Positions 35,537 to 47,675 are shown, counted from the first letter of the stretch. The stretch is DNA of 64,000 bases from Octopus sinensis (GCF_006345805.1 NC_043006.1:88908001-88972000), one strand, 5' to 3'. The notes: generated by a model from the sequence alone, not told the origin. A program made the numbers and translations.

Positions 35537-36354
35537 TTTCTTCTAGTGAAATATAGGAACAGAGAGAGAGATAGAGAAGGAGAGATATGGAGAGGGAGAA
35601 GAGAAAGGAGAAAAGCCAGGGGGGATAGAGAGAGAGACGAGGGGATTGTCCTGAGAGAAGAGAGAAAGAGAGAAAATAAGAGGGAAAAAGAGAAAGGTGA
35701 AAGAATGGCAGGTCAGCAGGGGGAGAGTGAGCGGGATAGAGGTGTAGTAGAAAGGGACAGGGTGGAAAAGTGAGACAAGAGGGTGGACCCTAGGGGGGCA
35801 GGAGAAGAAAGGCGGAGAGATAAAATGGAGAAGAGAGAGATGAAATGGAGAGGGAGAGAGAGAGAGGGCAGGATAGAGGTACCAGGGAGTGAAGTAAAGG
35901 GACAGAGAAGGGTGGTGTGGAGGAAGGAGACAGAGAGAGGAAAAAAGACAGGGGGTGGTAGCCTTAGAGGGAACAGGAGAGGAAAGGTAGGAAGAAAAAA
36001 GGGGAAAGGAAGAGAGGGGGCGCAAAGAGTGTAGTAAAGGGACAGGGAGGGTGGTGTAGAGAAAGAAATAAGGGGACAGAAGGGGAAGAGGAAAAGGGGT
36101 TTGACCTGTGAAGGAGCGGAGAGGAAAGAGGCAGAGAGAGGGAGGGGGAGTAACAGAGAGAGAGAGAGAAAGAGGGCGGTATATAGATACAAGAGAGAAT
36201 GAGTGAAGTTGAGGAACTGAGAGAGGGGTGAGGTGAGAGAAAGTTGATCTGAGAGAGATGCAGAAAGAGAAACGATTGCAGAGGGAGAGATAGGGAGAGG
36301 AGAGTGAGAGCGGAAATAGAGGGTCTGGTGGATGGGGAGATAGATAAGGTATAA

Positions 36355-36655
36355 ACTGTATGAGAGAGATAGAAATAGAAATGTAAGAAAGAGAGGGAGA
36401 GATTATAAAGATAGAATAGCGCGTATTTTTTATCTTTTTAATTATTATTTTCTGTTTGAAAGAACACTAATGATAACAATAATAAATGTATGAGAGAGAT
36501 AGAAATAGAAATGTAAGAAAGAGAGAGTGCGTGGCAGGCACGGAGGACGAATTATAAAGATTATAAAGATAGAATACCGCGTATTTTTATATCTTTATAT
36601 CTTTTTTTTTTTTTTTTTATTATTTTCTGTTTGAAAGAACGCTAATGATAACAAA
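36355..36655. repeat. Local tandem duplication (two units)
   Basis: TGTATGAGAGAGATAGAAATAGAAATGTAAGAAAGAG and TTATTTTCTGTTTGAAAGAAC.CTAATGATAACAA each occur twice. Confidence 0.8.
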
Positions 36656-36799
36656 ATGAAAAATATCTTACCTTACCGGCTGAGAGAGTACTTACGTGAT
36701 TCCTTTTTATAAGAAAGGAAGATAGATAGACAAGACAGACCTTTATATTCATCCCCAAGCGCACTTTGTAAACAAAAGGGGTTTCAGTTTCGATTTAGC

Positions 36800-36806
36800 A
36801 CATATG

Positions 36807-36838
<32 letters not shown>

Positions 36839-37030
36839 ATATAATATATATAATATATATATATAATATGTATATATTATATATGTATATATATGTATGT
36901 GTATATTAAATATATATATATATGTTGTATATATATAGTATATATATATATGTATGTTATATATATATATGTGTATATATATATTATATAGTATGTATTA
37001 TATATATGTATGTATATATATATATTATGT

Positions 37031-37073
<43 letters not shown>

Positions 37074-37106
37074 GTTATATATATAATATGGTATTATATA
37101 TATATG

Positions 37107-37137
<31 letters not shown>

Positions 37138-37474
37138 GTAGTAATATATATATAGGTTTATTATATAGATATGTATTAATATATGTATATATATGATATA
37201 TATGTTTATATATATATATATTAATAGATATTATATGTATATATTATATATGTATATATATATATATATGTATATATATATGTATTATATATGTATATAT
37301 ATATATATGTATAATATATGTATATATATATGTATATATATATGTATATATATATATGTATATATATATGTATATATATAAGTATATATATATATATGTA
37401 TATATATATGTATATATATATGTATATATATATATGTATATATATATATGTATATATATGTATGTATATATATG

Positions 37475-37522
<48 letters not shown>

Positions 37523-37544
37523 TATATATATATTATATGTAATG

Positions 37545-37580
<36 letters not shown>

Positions 37581-37613
37581 TTATATATGTATGTAATATA
37601 TATATATATATGT

Positions 37614-37645
<32 letters not shown>
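36800..37645. repeat. (TA)n/(TATG)n array
   Basis: Simple-repeat composition. Confidence 0.95.
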
Positions 37646-37646
<1 letters not shown>

Positions 37647-40600
37647 TGATTGATTGATTCTAGTTTCAGCTATGAGCTGTGGCCATGCTGGGGCACCGCC
37701 ATTTGGTGTTGCTGCTTGGTTTCACTTCATGGAGGCTTTCTAGCAACTGCTATTTGGTGCATGAGAGAGTTCGATGCAGCTGCCCTCATCTGCCCCTCCT
37801 GCCGTGAAGTTGGTTCATCTGGGACACCTGACAGGAAGAGATCCAGCTTCATTTTAAAGACATCTGTATCCACCCCATGTAGGTCTCTCAGGTTTTTCGG
37901 GAGGATATTGAAGAGCTGTGGGCCTCGGAAGCCAGGCTATCACAGAATCTTGTCCTACATCTTGATGGCAGGTTTGGAGTCCTAGGCACCACGCAGTGGC
38001 GCCCAGTTCTGGCATTTGCGTAACTCTCGATGCCAAAGTTCAGGACACTTCCCTCCAGGATCTTCCAGATGTATATTATGGCATATCTTTCCCGCCTACG
38101 CTCCAGGGAATATAATTTTAATCTCTTGAGTCTTTCCCAGTAGCTTACATTCTGCATAGAGACTATCTTCTTCGTGTAGCTTCGTTGGATCGCCTCAAGT
38201 TCTGTGATCAACTTGACACTGGATGGTGACCATAGCTGAGAGCAATAGTCAAAGTGCTTAGGACAAGTGTCTTCCAGAGGACCATCATGGTTTCTTGTTC
38301 TCTTGTTCTAAAGGTTCTAAGAATCCATCCAGCCAGCCGTCTACATTTCATTGTCAGTTTAGCAACATGTACATGAAAGGTCGCGTCATCACTCATGTGA
38401 ATACCCAGGTCACGCACTGATTGTGCCTCTGGGATTGCAATCCCTCCGGGTCCAGTGTATTCATTGGGTATTGCATTCAGTTTTGCATGCTGATAGTATA
38501 AAGCTTGAAACTTTCCAGCATTGAACTGCATGCTATTCTTTTCAGCCCACTTGTATATTTCGTCCAACTCACATTGCAGGTGTTTAGTGTCCTCAGGGTT
38601 CTGTATTGCCTGTGAAACTTTTGTATCATCTGCATAACTTGTGATCGTGCTCTCTGCGTGGCTGAGGGCATGTCTGAGAGGGCCATTATGAACAGTAGTG
38701 GTCCCAGAACAGTGCCCTGCGGACACCGCCGCTCACTATTTGTGTGTTAATGAGGTGGCCCCATTGGCTACTACCACCTGACTTCTATCCTTCAGAAAGT
38801 CATGAAGCCATTCTCCCAGTTTTCCAACTATGTTGAGATCACGCAGTTTGTGACATATCATTCCATGATCGACTTTATCAAAGGCCTTTGCAAAGTCGAG
38901 ATATATCACTTCCACATTTGAGTGGTTGAGCAGCCGTTTCAGCACCCAGTCATAGTGTTGTAGGAGCTGAGTTAAACAGCTTCTCCCTGGTCGGAAACCA
39001 TGTTGGGTGTCGGGCAGCAAGTCATTCTCTTCAAGGAAGGTGATCAGCTTCCTTCTGACTATTCGTTCCATGACCTTGCTGATGTGTGAGGTCAGAGAGA
39101 TAGGTCTATAGTTCTTGGCTTCCTCCTTTATGAATGGGGCATATTTTACCTTCCTTCAGTTTTCCTGGAAGTTTGCCAGCTGCAAGGAAGCTCTGAAAGA
39201 GGAACTGCAGTGGTCTTGCTAGGACTCTCTTACATGCTTTTAGGAGGATTGCCGGGAATCCATCGGGGCCAGTAGCTGAGTCTGTTTTCATTTCATCTAT
39301 AGCCTTGGTTACATCTTCTTCCTTTATATCGATGTAATCTATCGTCGCCGCCTCTGATTTTATATCTGCAGTGGTAAAAAGTCAGTTGGATTGGTGATTT
39401 GGAGATGCCCAAGGGGTGGAGTGAAAACGCTCTTGAATGCTCATTCAGTATTTCACTTACCCTCATTGGTTTTCCTGTAAGTGTGCCATCCTTTTCGAGG
39501 AGTGGCCCTATTCTACAGTGCACTGTAGCTGTTTGTTTGGCATACCTGTAGAAAGCTCTGGGGTTAGATTTTGTTGTCTATAGCCCAGGCTTCTTTGTCT
39601 GCTCTTTCCTTTTCATGGGAGAGTTGCAGACATTTTTCGATTTCCAACAGTTTTATTTTTAGGCGGGACTTTTCACTGCTTTCAATCTGTTTGTTTAGGC
39701 GATTTGAAAATTTCGTACGCCGTCTCATTAAAATTTTCCTCTCTCTGGGGATTTTGTTCCCGTGTACAGTGGCCCTTCTCTCTGGGACACATTTGTAGCA
39801 TATGGTTTGCATTACAGACATGAATTGTTGAAGTTTCACGTCGATGTCTGGCGAGGAGAGACATTTAGGCCAGTTTTGTTTGAGGATCTCTTTCTCAATT
39901 TGTTTCCAGTTTGCCTTATGGTAGTTCAAGCTGGAAAGATTTTGAGGGTTTCTTGTAGGCTGCATGTCTGTGCTCTCTTTTGGCCCGTACATGGTCAGCT
40001 CTATCATGTTGTGATCCGAGAGTAGTGTCGGTGTCACTTTCACATTATGGATGAGATCCATGTCATTTGTGAAGCAGAGATCCAGTGTGTTACCTGCCCT
40101 GGTTGGTTGGAGTATTACCTGCTCCATGTACAGGGTGTTGATGAGGTTCAGGAGGGACCTCGCCTGTCCTCGTTCACATCCCGTCATTCCTGGGAGAGAA
40201 AGGCCCTCGGGCCATCTGACATTGGGCAGATTGAAGTCTCCCATAAGAAGCACACCCATGTGTTGTTCTAATGTGGTTAGAATTTCTTCTATTTTTATAA
40301 GGCAGTCTTCAAACTTGCCCACATGGCTTGGGGCATCTGGAGGGCGATATGTAGCACACACAACTACATCAAGTTGCCTAATATGTACAATTAGTGTGTC
40401 ACACACCGAGTTTGAGTATGACAAGAGGACCTGGGGTGTGAGGTCCTCACGGATGTACATAGCAACACCTCCATGACTCCTTTCTCTCCTGTCGGTCCGC
40501 AGCACAGCATACCGCGGTATGTGTAACTCCGCATCTGCTATGTCCGGTTTCAGGTGCGTTTCTGTAAGTGCTATGCATAAGGCTTGATTGCATGCAACAA

Positions 40601-40782
40601 AGTCTCTCAGGAACGGGATCTTTGTCCTGTTACTGAGTGTTTGCAGTCCTCTGATGTTCAGTAGGAGCATCGAGGTGAGGTGTACGTTGTTGCCGGCGGT
40701 GTCCATCCTGTGTCTGTTTGCTGTGGTGGTCTGGTATATAGTGGGTAGTCCCACCTGCGGGCTTGGGTTTGATGAAGCCAGG

Positions 40783-41049
40783 TCAGCTGCTGTACAATCT
40801 TTTGTGCCATGCACAAAAAAGTTGTTGCTCAGCAGCTGCTCTTTCGACAACATCATGTTGGCTGTTTGTGGCGCGCACAACATCTGCGTACCTCCGCTTT
40901 GGGGCAGGTGGTGCGTGGTCCATCCCTTTTTTTGTGTTGATGGTTTGTCCATCTGCCTCGTGTCTGTGGCAGGGTCCCCGATGTGCAAAGCGGCAGCCTG
41001 CACCTTCCTTTCCGTGCCAGCAGGTACCTCTCAGGTAGAACATACACAC
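40783..41049 (-). CDS. LINE B ORF1 C-terminal part with CCCH zinc finger
   Basis: CMFYLRGTCWHGKEGAGCRFAH...RRYADVVR...AAAEQQLFCAWHKRLYSS; copy A encodes the homologous RRYADVVR...AAAEQQSFCAWHKKLFSS. Confidence 0.6.
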   Translation of the reverse strand: MCMFYLRGTCWHGKEGAGCRFAHRGPCHRHEADGQTINTKKGMDHAPPAPKRRYADVVRATNSQHDVVERAAAEQQLFCAWHKRLYSS

Positions 41050-41564
41050 CCGTGTGCGCTGTTGGTTCCATCCTTTGCGGTTCCACTTCTATTCCTGGTT
41101 GTTTCACTCTTTGGTCCTGCTTGAGCTTTTTCTTTTCCTTTAGCTCTTCCAGTCCTTCTTTTAGTTCTTCTTCCTCCCTCTACCTCTTCACCGGGTTCTC
41201 CGTCTCCATGGCCCTTGCTGCCGGTTGGAGAACTTGCACCTGGGTTCACTTCCCGGGCAGGTTTCTCATTCAAAACCTCCTCCCGGGCGTCCACCAGGTG
41301 GGGGTGACTTCTTTCATCGTCTCCATTCTTGCCATCTTTGCCCCGCTCGTTCTCAAAGATGGCATCAAGTGCGCCAATGTGCGACCGTACAAGCGCATAT
41401 GAGCGCACGAATTCCTGTCTCTTTTGCTCCATCTGAGCCGCTGTCCTCTTGTAGCCTCTGCTCTTCAGCGCAGCCGCAATCACCTCGCTAGGGCTATCTC
41501 CGCCGGCGCACTCCCATGCTTGTACGAATAAATCCAGCTCGTCAGGTCTCCATGCTCTGGACAT
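41031..41564 (-). CDS. LINE B ORF1 N-terminal part, Myb/SANT-like domain
   Basis: WRPDELDLFVQAW...IAAALKSRGYKRTAAQMEQKRQEFVRSY. Confidence 0.65.
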   Translation of the reverse strand: MSRAWRPDELDLFVQAWECAGGDSPSEVIAAALKSRGYKRTAAQMEQKRQEFVRSYALVRSHIGALDAIFENERGKDGKNGDDERSHPHLVDAREEVLNEKPAREVNPGASSPTGSKGHGDGEPGEEVEGGRRTKRRTGRAKGKEKAQAGPKSETTRNRSGTAKDGTNSAHGCVCST

Positions 41565-41621
41565 GCTGGATAATCCGTCTATCCGTTTATCTATCTAATT
41601 ATGTTCGAGAGAAGACAGGAA

Positions 41622-42600
41622 GATATTAAGGCTAATTAGAAGATAGAGTACTTGAAAAAGAAATATTAACAATATTAAAGTTTGTGTAAAAACGTTATTT
41701 AATCTTAAGGCTAATTAGGGATAGAGTATCTGAAAATGTATAGCAATATTAATATTATATTAGAGTGTGGATAAAAACGTTGTTTAATCTTAAGGCTAAT
41801 TAGGATATAGAGTATCTGAAAATATATTAGCAATATTAATATTATATGGAGTGTGGGTAATATTAACGTTATTTAATTTATCTTAAGGCTAATTAGAAGA
41901 CAGTATCTGAAAAATTATATATACAATATTAAGCAATATTAACCGTTATTTAATTTAATTTTAAGGCTAATTAGACGGTATTAATATTAAACGTTATTTA
42001 ATTTAATCTTAAGGCTAATTAGAAGATATGTATCTGAAAATATATTAGCAATATTAATATTATATTAGAGTGTGGGTAAAAACGTTATTTAATCTTAAGG
42101 CTAATTAGGAGATAGAGTATCTGAAAATATATTAGCAATGTTAATATTATATTAGAGTGTGGGTAATATTAAACGTTATTTAATTTAATCTTAAGGCTAA
42201 TTAGAAGATAGAGTATCTGAAGAATTATTAACAATATTAAAACAATATTAAACGTTATTTAATTTAATCTTAAGGCTAATTAACAATAATTATTAACAAT
42301 ATTAAACATATTAACGTTTTTATTTAATTTAATCCTAAGGCTAATTAACAAATTATTAACAATATTTAACATAATTAAACGTTATTTAATTTAATCTTAA
42401 GGCTAATTAACAATAATTATTAACAATATTAAACAATATTAAACGTTATTTAATTTAATCTTAAGGCTAATTAACAATAATTATTAACAATATTAAACAA
42501 TATTAAACGTTATTTAATTTTATCCTAAGGCTAATTTGACGGTAATCATATTAAACGTTATTTAATTTAATCTTAAGGCTAATTAGAAGATAGAGTATCT
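41622..42600. repeat. AT-rich minisatellite, 40-90-bp units anchored on CTTAAGGCTAATTA
   Basis: More than 15 recurrences of (C)TTAAGGCTAATT and AACGTTATTTAAT. Confidence 0.9.
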
Positions 42601-43039
42601 GGAAAATTATTATATCGAGAACAGATATTGAAAATGTAAACAAACAAAATGACGATCGCAACTTAACTAAGATGTGGGCCTAAGTGAAGATAAAATAGAA
42701 TAATAAATAAAATATGAAATAGATGAAATTGATACTTAATCCAACAATGTGGTCTGGATTATTTTTTTGGTTTACGGGATTTTTTTTCAGGAGAGATGCT
42801 TCTTTCTTCTTTCTTGCAGGAGATAACTTGATTCAGTTATTTTTGCACCATGTGCGTTTCGGCGAAAATGAAAATTACTGTGTATATGTATATATTTATA
42901 TATATATTTTTTTTAATATTTTTAACCAAAGTGTTGCAGTGATCTCTATGACTTAGAGTTTTACGTTTTGCAACTACAGTGGGTTATTTCGCCGATCTAT
43001 GCAAACTTTTTCACAGAGAACAGGCAAACCGTCTCTCTC

Positions 43040-43151
43040 TCTTAAAAACGGAACCGGATATATATATGTATATATTATATGTATATATATATATGTATAT
43101 ATGTATATATTATTATATGTATATAATATATATAGTATATATGTATATAGA

Positions 43152-43186
<35 letters not shown>

Positions 43187-43414
43187 GTGTATATATATAT
43201 GTATAATATATATATGTATATATATATGTATATTATATATGTATATATATATATGTATATATATATATGTATATATATATATGTATATATATATGTATAT
43301 ATATATATATGTATATATATATGTATATATATATGTATATATATATGTATGTATATATATATGTATATATATATATATATGTATATATATATGTATATAT
43401 ATATGTATATATAT
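43040..43414. repeat. (TA)n/(TATG)n array
   Basis: Simple-repeat composition. Confidence 0.95.
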
Positions 43415-43819
43415 GTAATCTCTTTTATAGAGACTTAGTAATTTTAATATTTCTATTATTGAAAACAGTGGATGTATTCCACTGAAACTAGGTAAATAGA
43501 AACCTTCGAACAGAGACGTCAGTGGCGACACCTGCGGGTCTGACTGCGCTACATTGACAAGGGGCAATACCCAGAAACGCGTCTGTAGCTGTCGGACTGG
43601 CAGTGTGAAGCGGCTGACCTCCCTTGTTCGAAGGTTATAATGGATACAGATCGTGTATCAATAGCTATCTTGATGGCGGTGGCCTCATGGAGCTGACAAG
43701 CGGCAGCGATTATTCTTATATCTATAAGAATGCCATATTAATATGGCGATAACAATTAATTTCCAGTAAACGCTGCCGTAATCTCTTTTATAGAGACTTA
43801 GTAATTTTAATATTTCTAT

Positions 43820-43822
<3 letters not shown>
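43415..43822 (+). mobile_element. Hammerhead-repeat family B: 363-nt monomer plus 45-nt direct repeat (retrozyme-like)
   Basis: 43415-43459 is identical to 43778-43822; central hammerhead; many hairpins; second copy at 63871. Confidence 0.85.
43538..43597 (+). ncRNA. Type I hammerhead ribozyme (family B)
   Basis: Stem I GCTACA/TGTAGC extended by GTCTGAC/GTCGGAC; core TTGACAA (U3-A8); stem II GGGG-CAATA-CCCA (G-A mismatch at the base); GAAAC-GC-GTC, cleavage after 43583. Confidence 0.8.
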
Positions 43823-43850
<28 letters not shown>

Positions 43851-43928
43851 GTATAACATTTTATAAAGGGCTGACATATGTATATATATACGTATATATA
43901 TATGTATTATATATATATTATATATATG

Positions 43929-43961
<33 letters not shown>

Positions 43962-44005
43962 GTATATATATATATGTATATATATATAATGTATATATAT
44001 GTATG

Positions 44006-44056
<51 letters not shown>

Positions 44057-44104
44057 ATATATATATATATATAGATGTATATATATATATGTATTATATA
44101 TATG

Positions 44105-44155
<51 letters not shown>

Positions 44156-44271
44156 GTATATATATATGTATATATATATATTATATATATATGTATTATA
44201 TATATATGTATAATATATGTATTATATAATATGTATATATATATGTATATATATATATATGTATATATATG

Positions 44272-44302
<31 letters not shown>

Positions 44303-44365
44303 GTATATGTATATATATATGTATATATATATGTATATATGTATATATATGTATATATATATGTA

Positions 44366-44423
<58 letters not shown>

Positions 44424-44745
44424 CATATATGTATATATATATATATATATATGTATATTTATATGTATGTATATATATATTATATATATATTGTATATAT
44501 AATATATATATGTATATATATATGTATGGTATATATATATATGTAATATATATGTATGTATATATATATGTATATATATATATGTATATATATATGTATG
44601 TATATATATATGTATATATATATGTTATATATATATGTATGTATATATAATATGTATGTATATATATATGTATGTATATATATGTATATATTATATATGT
44701 ATATATGTATATATATATGTATGTATATATGTATGTATATATATG

Positions 44746-44776
<31 letters not shown>

Positions 44777-44933
44777 GTATATATGTATATATATATGTAT
44801 ATATATGTATATATATATATATGTATATATATATGTATTTATATATATGTATATATATATATGTATATATATGTATATATGTATATATACATATATATGT
44901 GTATATATATATGTATATATATTATATATATAG

Positions 44934-44967
<34 letters not shown>

Positions 44968-45200
44968 TATGTATATTATATTATATGTATATATATATAT
45001 ATTATTATATATATATATATGTATATATATATGTATATTATATATATGTATATATATATAATGTATATATATATATATGTATATATATACATATATATAC
45101 ATATAAATATCTATGCATACATGCCTTATATATATATAGAGAGAGAGATACACGCACATACACACATAATATATGCATATATATATATAAATATATATAT
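43823..45200. repeat. (TA)n/(TATG)n array
   Basis: About 1.4 kb of simple repeat. Confidence 0.95.
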
Positions 45201-45203
45201 ACA

Positions 45204-45582
45204 CTAGCAGTATCGCCCGGCGTTGCTCGGGTTTGTAAGGGAAATAACTATATAAGCATTTTTAGAGAGTTATAGCCAAAAAATAGCAAAAAAATGCATT
45301 AAAAATGGAAATAAAATTAAATCGTTGACACATCGTAGATATTTTTAGAGAGTTACTTCCCTTATATAATAGCGAAAAATGCATTAAAATGGAAAAATAT
45401 GATGGTAAATTTTTTTTAAATCGTAGACTCATCGTAGACGCGCGCTAATACCCAGAAGGGCTCGATATGAATCACGACTATAAGATACCCGGTTTTGGTT
45501 AAACTGCACCGCAAAATGTGGGAGTAGTTACGAATCTAAATCGTAGGAGACAGACACACAACTTCACTTTTATATATAAAGA
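45204..45582 (-). mobile_element. Non-autonomous Helitron (~380 bp)
   Basis: Minus strand begins A|TC and ends CTAG|T, with a CCCGAGC-AAC-GCCGGG hairpin (45216-45231) 8 nt before CTAG. Confidence 0.8.
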
Positions 45583-46129
45583 TATAAGCCACGTAGTTAT
45601 ATACACATACTTTGTTATATACACATTGTTAAAAGAAAATGTTATATTGAACACAACATTTATAAAGAATAAAATATTTTTTGGTTTTTCTTTTAAAAGT
45701 GTCGTCTGTTTATACATAAACGCTGTTTCATACTGCAATTATATATACATATATCTATATATAATATTATATAATAAAATATATACAGAATATGTGTATA
45801 TATTTATGTATGTATAAATATATACTGAAAGAAGCTCGGCTCGCCAATTAATACTACCAAAATTTAACGACAGAAAGTAAATTAAAAACCAATTTACCTT
45901 TTCTGTATTCGACCGTCGGTGTGTTTTTGCAAATGTGTTGGAATGAGAAGTGAGTTGTGTTTGGCGCCTTTTTTACTAATAACAAACACACACGTGTTTG
46001 TATGTAGTTGTTTGAAACGTTTGTGTTTGTCACTGTCATATATGTATGTGTATGCGTGTGTGTGAGGAATGACACACACACACTCACTCACGCACACATA
46101 TACATCAATGCTTTCGGAGTGAAATGTTA

Positions 46130-46676
46130 AAATATTGAGTTTTCTCGAATTTTGTCTTAATTGGGGGTGAAATTGAAAGAAATTTTGTATGGCATGACCG
46201 AATGGAAGTACTTTGAAAAATCATAGGTAAAGTCTAATTGAAGAAATTGTGTGAGGAGTAAATCCTTATGTATTTATTTGTTTCTGTTTGCTGTGTTTTT
46301 TTTTAGTAGTGGTTTAAGGTACACTTCTCTCGTTTTATAGAAATAGTTTCACTTTAATCGTTGCACACTTGCAAAGAGAAAGGAGTAGAAATTAGAGTGA
46401 TAGCGTGAGTGAAGCAGATCGCTCCGTTTTTGTGTGTGTGTGTGTGCGTGTGATGTAGCCCACACTAAGAAAAGCACTTGACTTACACACCACAATGTGA
46501 GTTTTCTCTAAATTTTGCTTAATTGGGGTTGAAATTTTAAAAACTGGACCTGGCACGACCCGATTTATTCTACTCTTAAAATTGCTAGGTAAATTGTAAT
46601 TGAAGAAATCCTATATTGTAGATTTCTATAAGAGACAAAGGGAGGCAGATAAAATCTGCCTTTTATTATAAGAGAT
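46130..46676 (-). mobile_element. Possible second Helitron-like relic with an internal diverged direct repeat
   Basis: Minus-strand start ATCTCTTATAATAAAAGGCAG; 46136-46250 resembles 46497-46610; no 3' CTRR end identified. Confidence 0.35.
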
Positions 46677-47253
46677 ATATATATACATACAAAAGATCAT
46701 TATAAATCCCTGTGCAGTTTTAAATATTAAGTCTTTATAACTTTAATTATTTTATATTGCACTGAATTAATCTGTAATGAACTTTTACAAGCTTGAAGCA
46801 CCTATTTCATCATCATCAATCAAAATATCTATTCTAATTGTTTATTATTATTTTTTTTTAATTTGTAAATCAATTTATTTTAGAAAGACATATAAGGACG
46901 ATTGTTTATTCAATTAAATCTCGTTCTCTAGATGACCTACGGGTAATAACAACAATTGTGGTTGAGCGTATAACTGAAAACCAATTCCAAAATGTATATC
47001 TTAAAATCGCATCATGGTTTGTATCAAAAACGGTGGCGGACTGCTTGGAAATGAACGAACTGAAGATAAATCTGCTTAAAAAGATGGTAAATTGTTTCGC
47101 ATAACCTTTTCACAGATTAATTCTAACGTATATAGAACAACAAGAGTTTATATTTGAACTTACACGACTTTATAATGGTTTCAAATTTTGGCACAAGGCT
47201 AGCAATTTGGGGGAGGGGCTAAGCCGATTACATCGACTATACTGTTTAACTGT

Positions 47254-47388
<135 letters not shown>

Positions 47389-47471
47389 CTGATATACATA
47401 TATACATATATTTTTCCTTGGATTTTTGTAAGTCTGTTCTGATCTATCTGCTTATTCTGTGGGGTATACTC

Positions 47472-47514
<43 letters not shown>

Positions 47515-47675
47515 ACAGACACATATATATACACATACATACATATATTAAAACATATACATACGTAACATATGCATACAGGATGTGACAGAAAAATCTT
47601 CCATAATTTATATATATATGTATATAAATATATATACATTTATTCATGCATGCATACTTACATGCATACAAACGT

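Larger units (their letters stand above)
31640..35545 (-). mobile_element. CR1-group LINE, copy A (decayed; 5' UTR may extend to ~36790)
   Basis: APE (LLNVGGL, ALTETHL, MGDFNLP, DLCFTN), RT (YRPISL, YLDFAKAFDKVDH, SGVPQGTVLGP, YADDTK), C-terminal FSLERRRERYAVIYIWKILEG, and tail GGTGGTGCCCCAGCATGGCC...(TTAAGGA)2. Confidence 0.9.
37646..41570 (-). mobile_element. CR1-group LINE, copy B (diverged relative of copy A, decayed)
   Basis: 479-aa APE-containing frame at 39564-41003 (LLNIRGL, ALTETHL, YRPP, MGDFNLP, TLDLCFTN), RT fragments at 38208-39071, and tail GGCGGTGCCCCAGCATGGCCACAGCTCATAGCTGAAAC(TAGA)(ATCA)n. Confidence 0.9.

Noticed and set aside
34560-35546. 328-aa plus-strand ORF and similar ORFs at 40588-41491
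   Set aside because: Antisense shadows of the LINE ORF1/ORF2 region with no independent domain signal.
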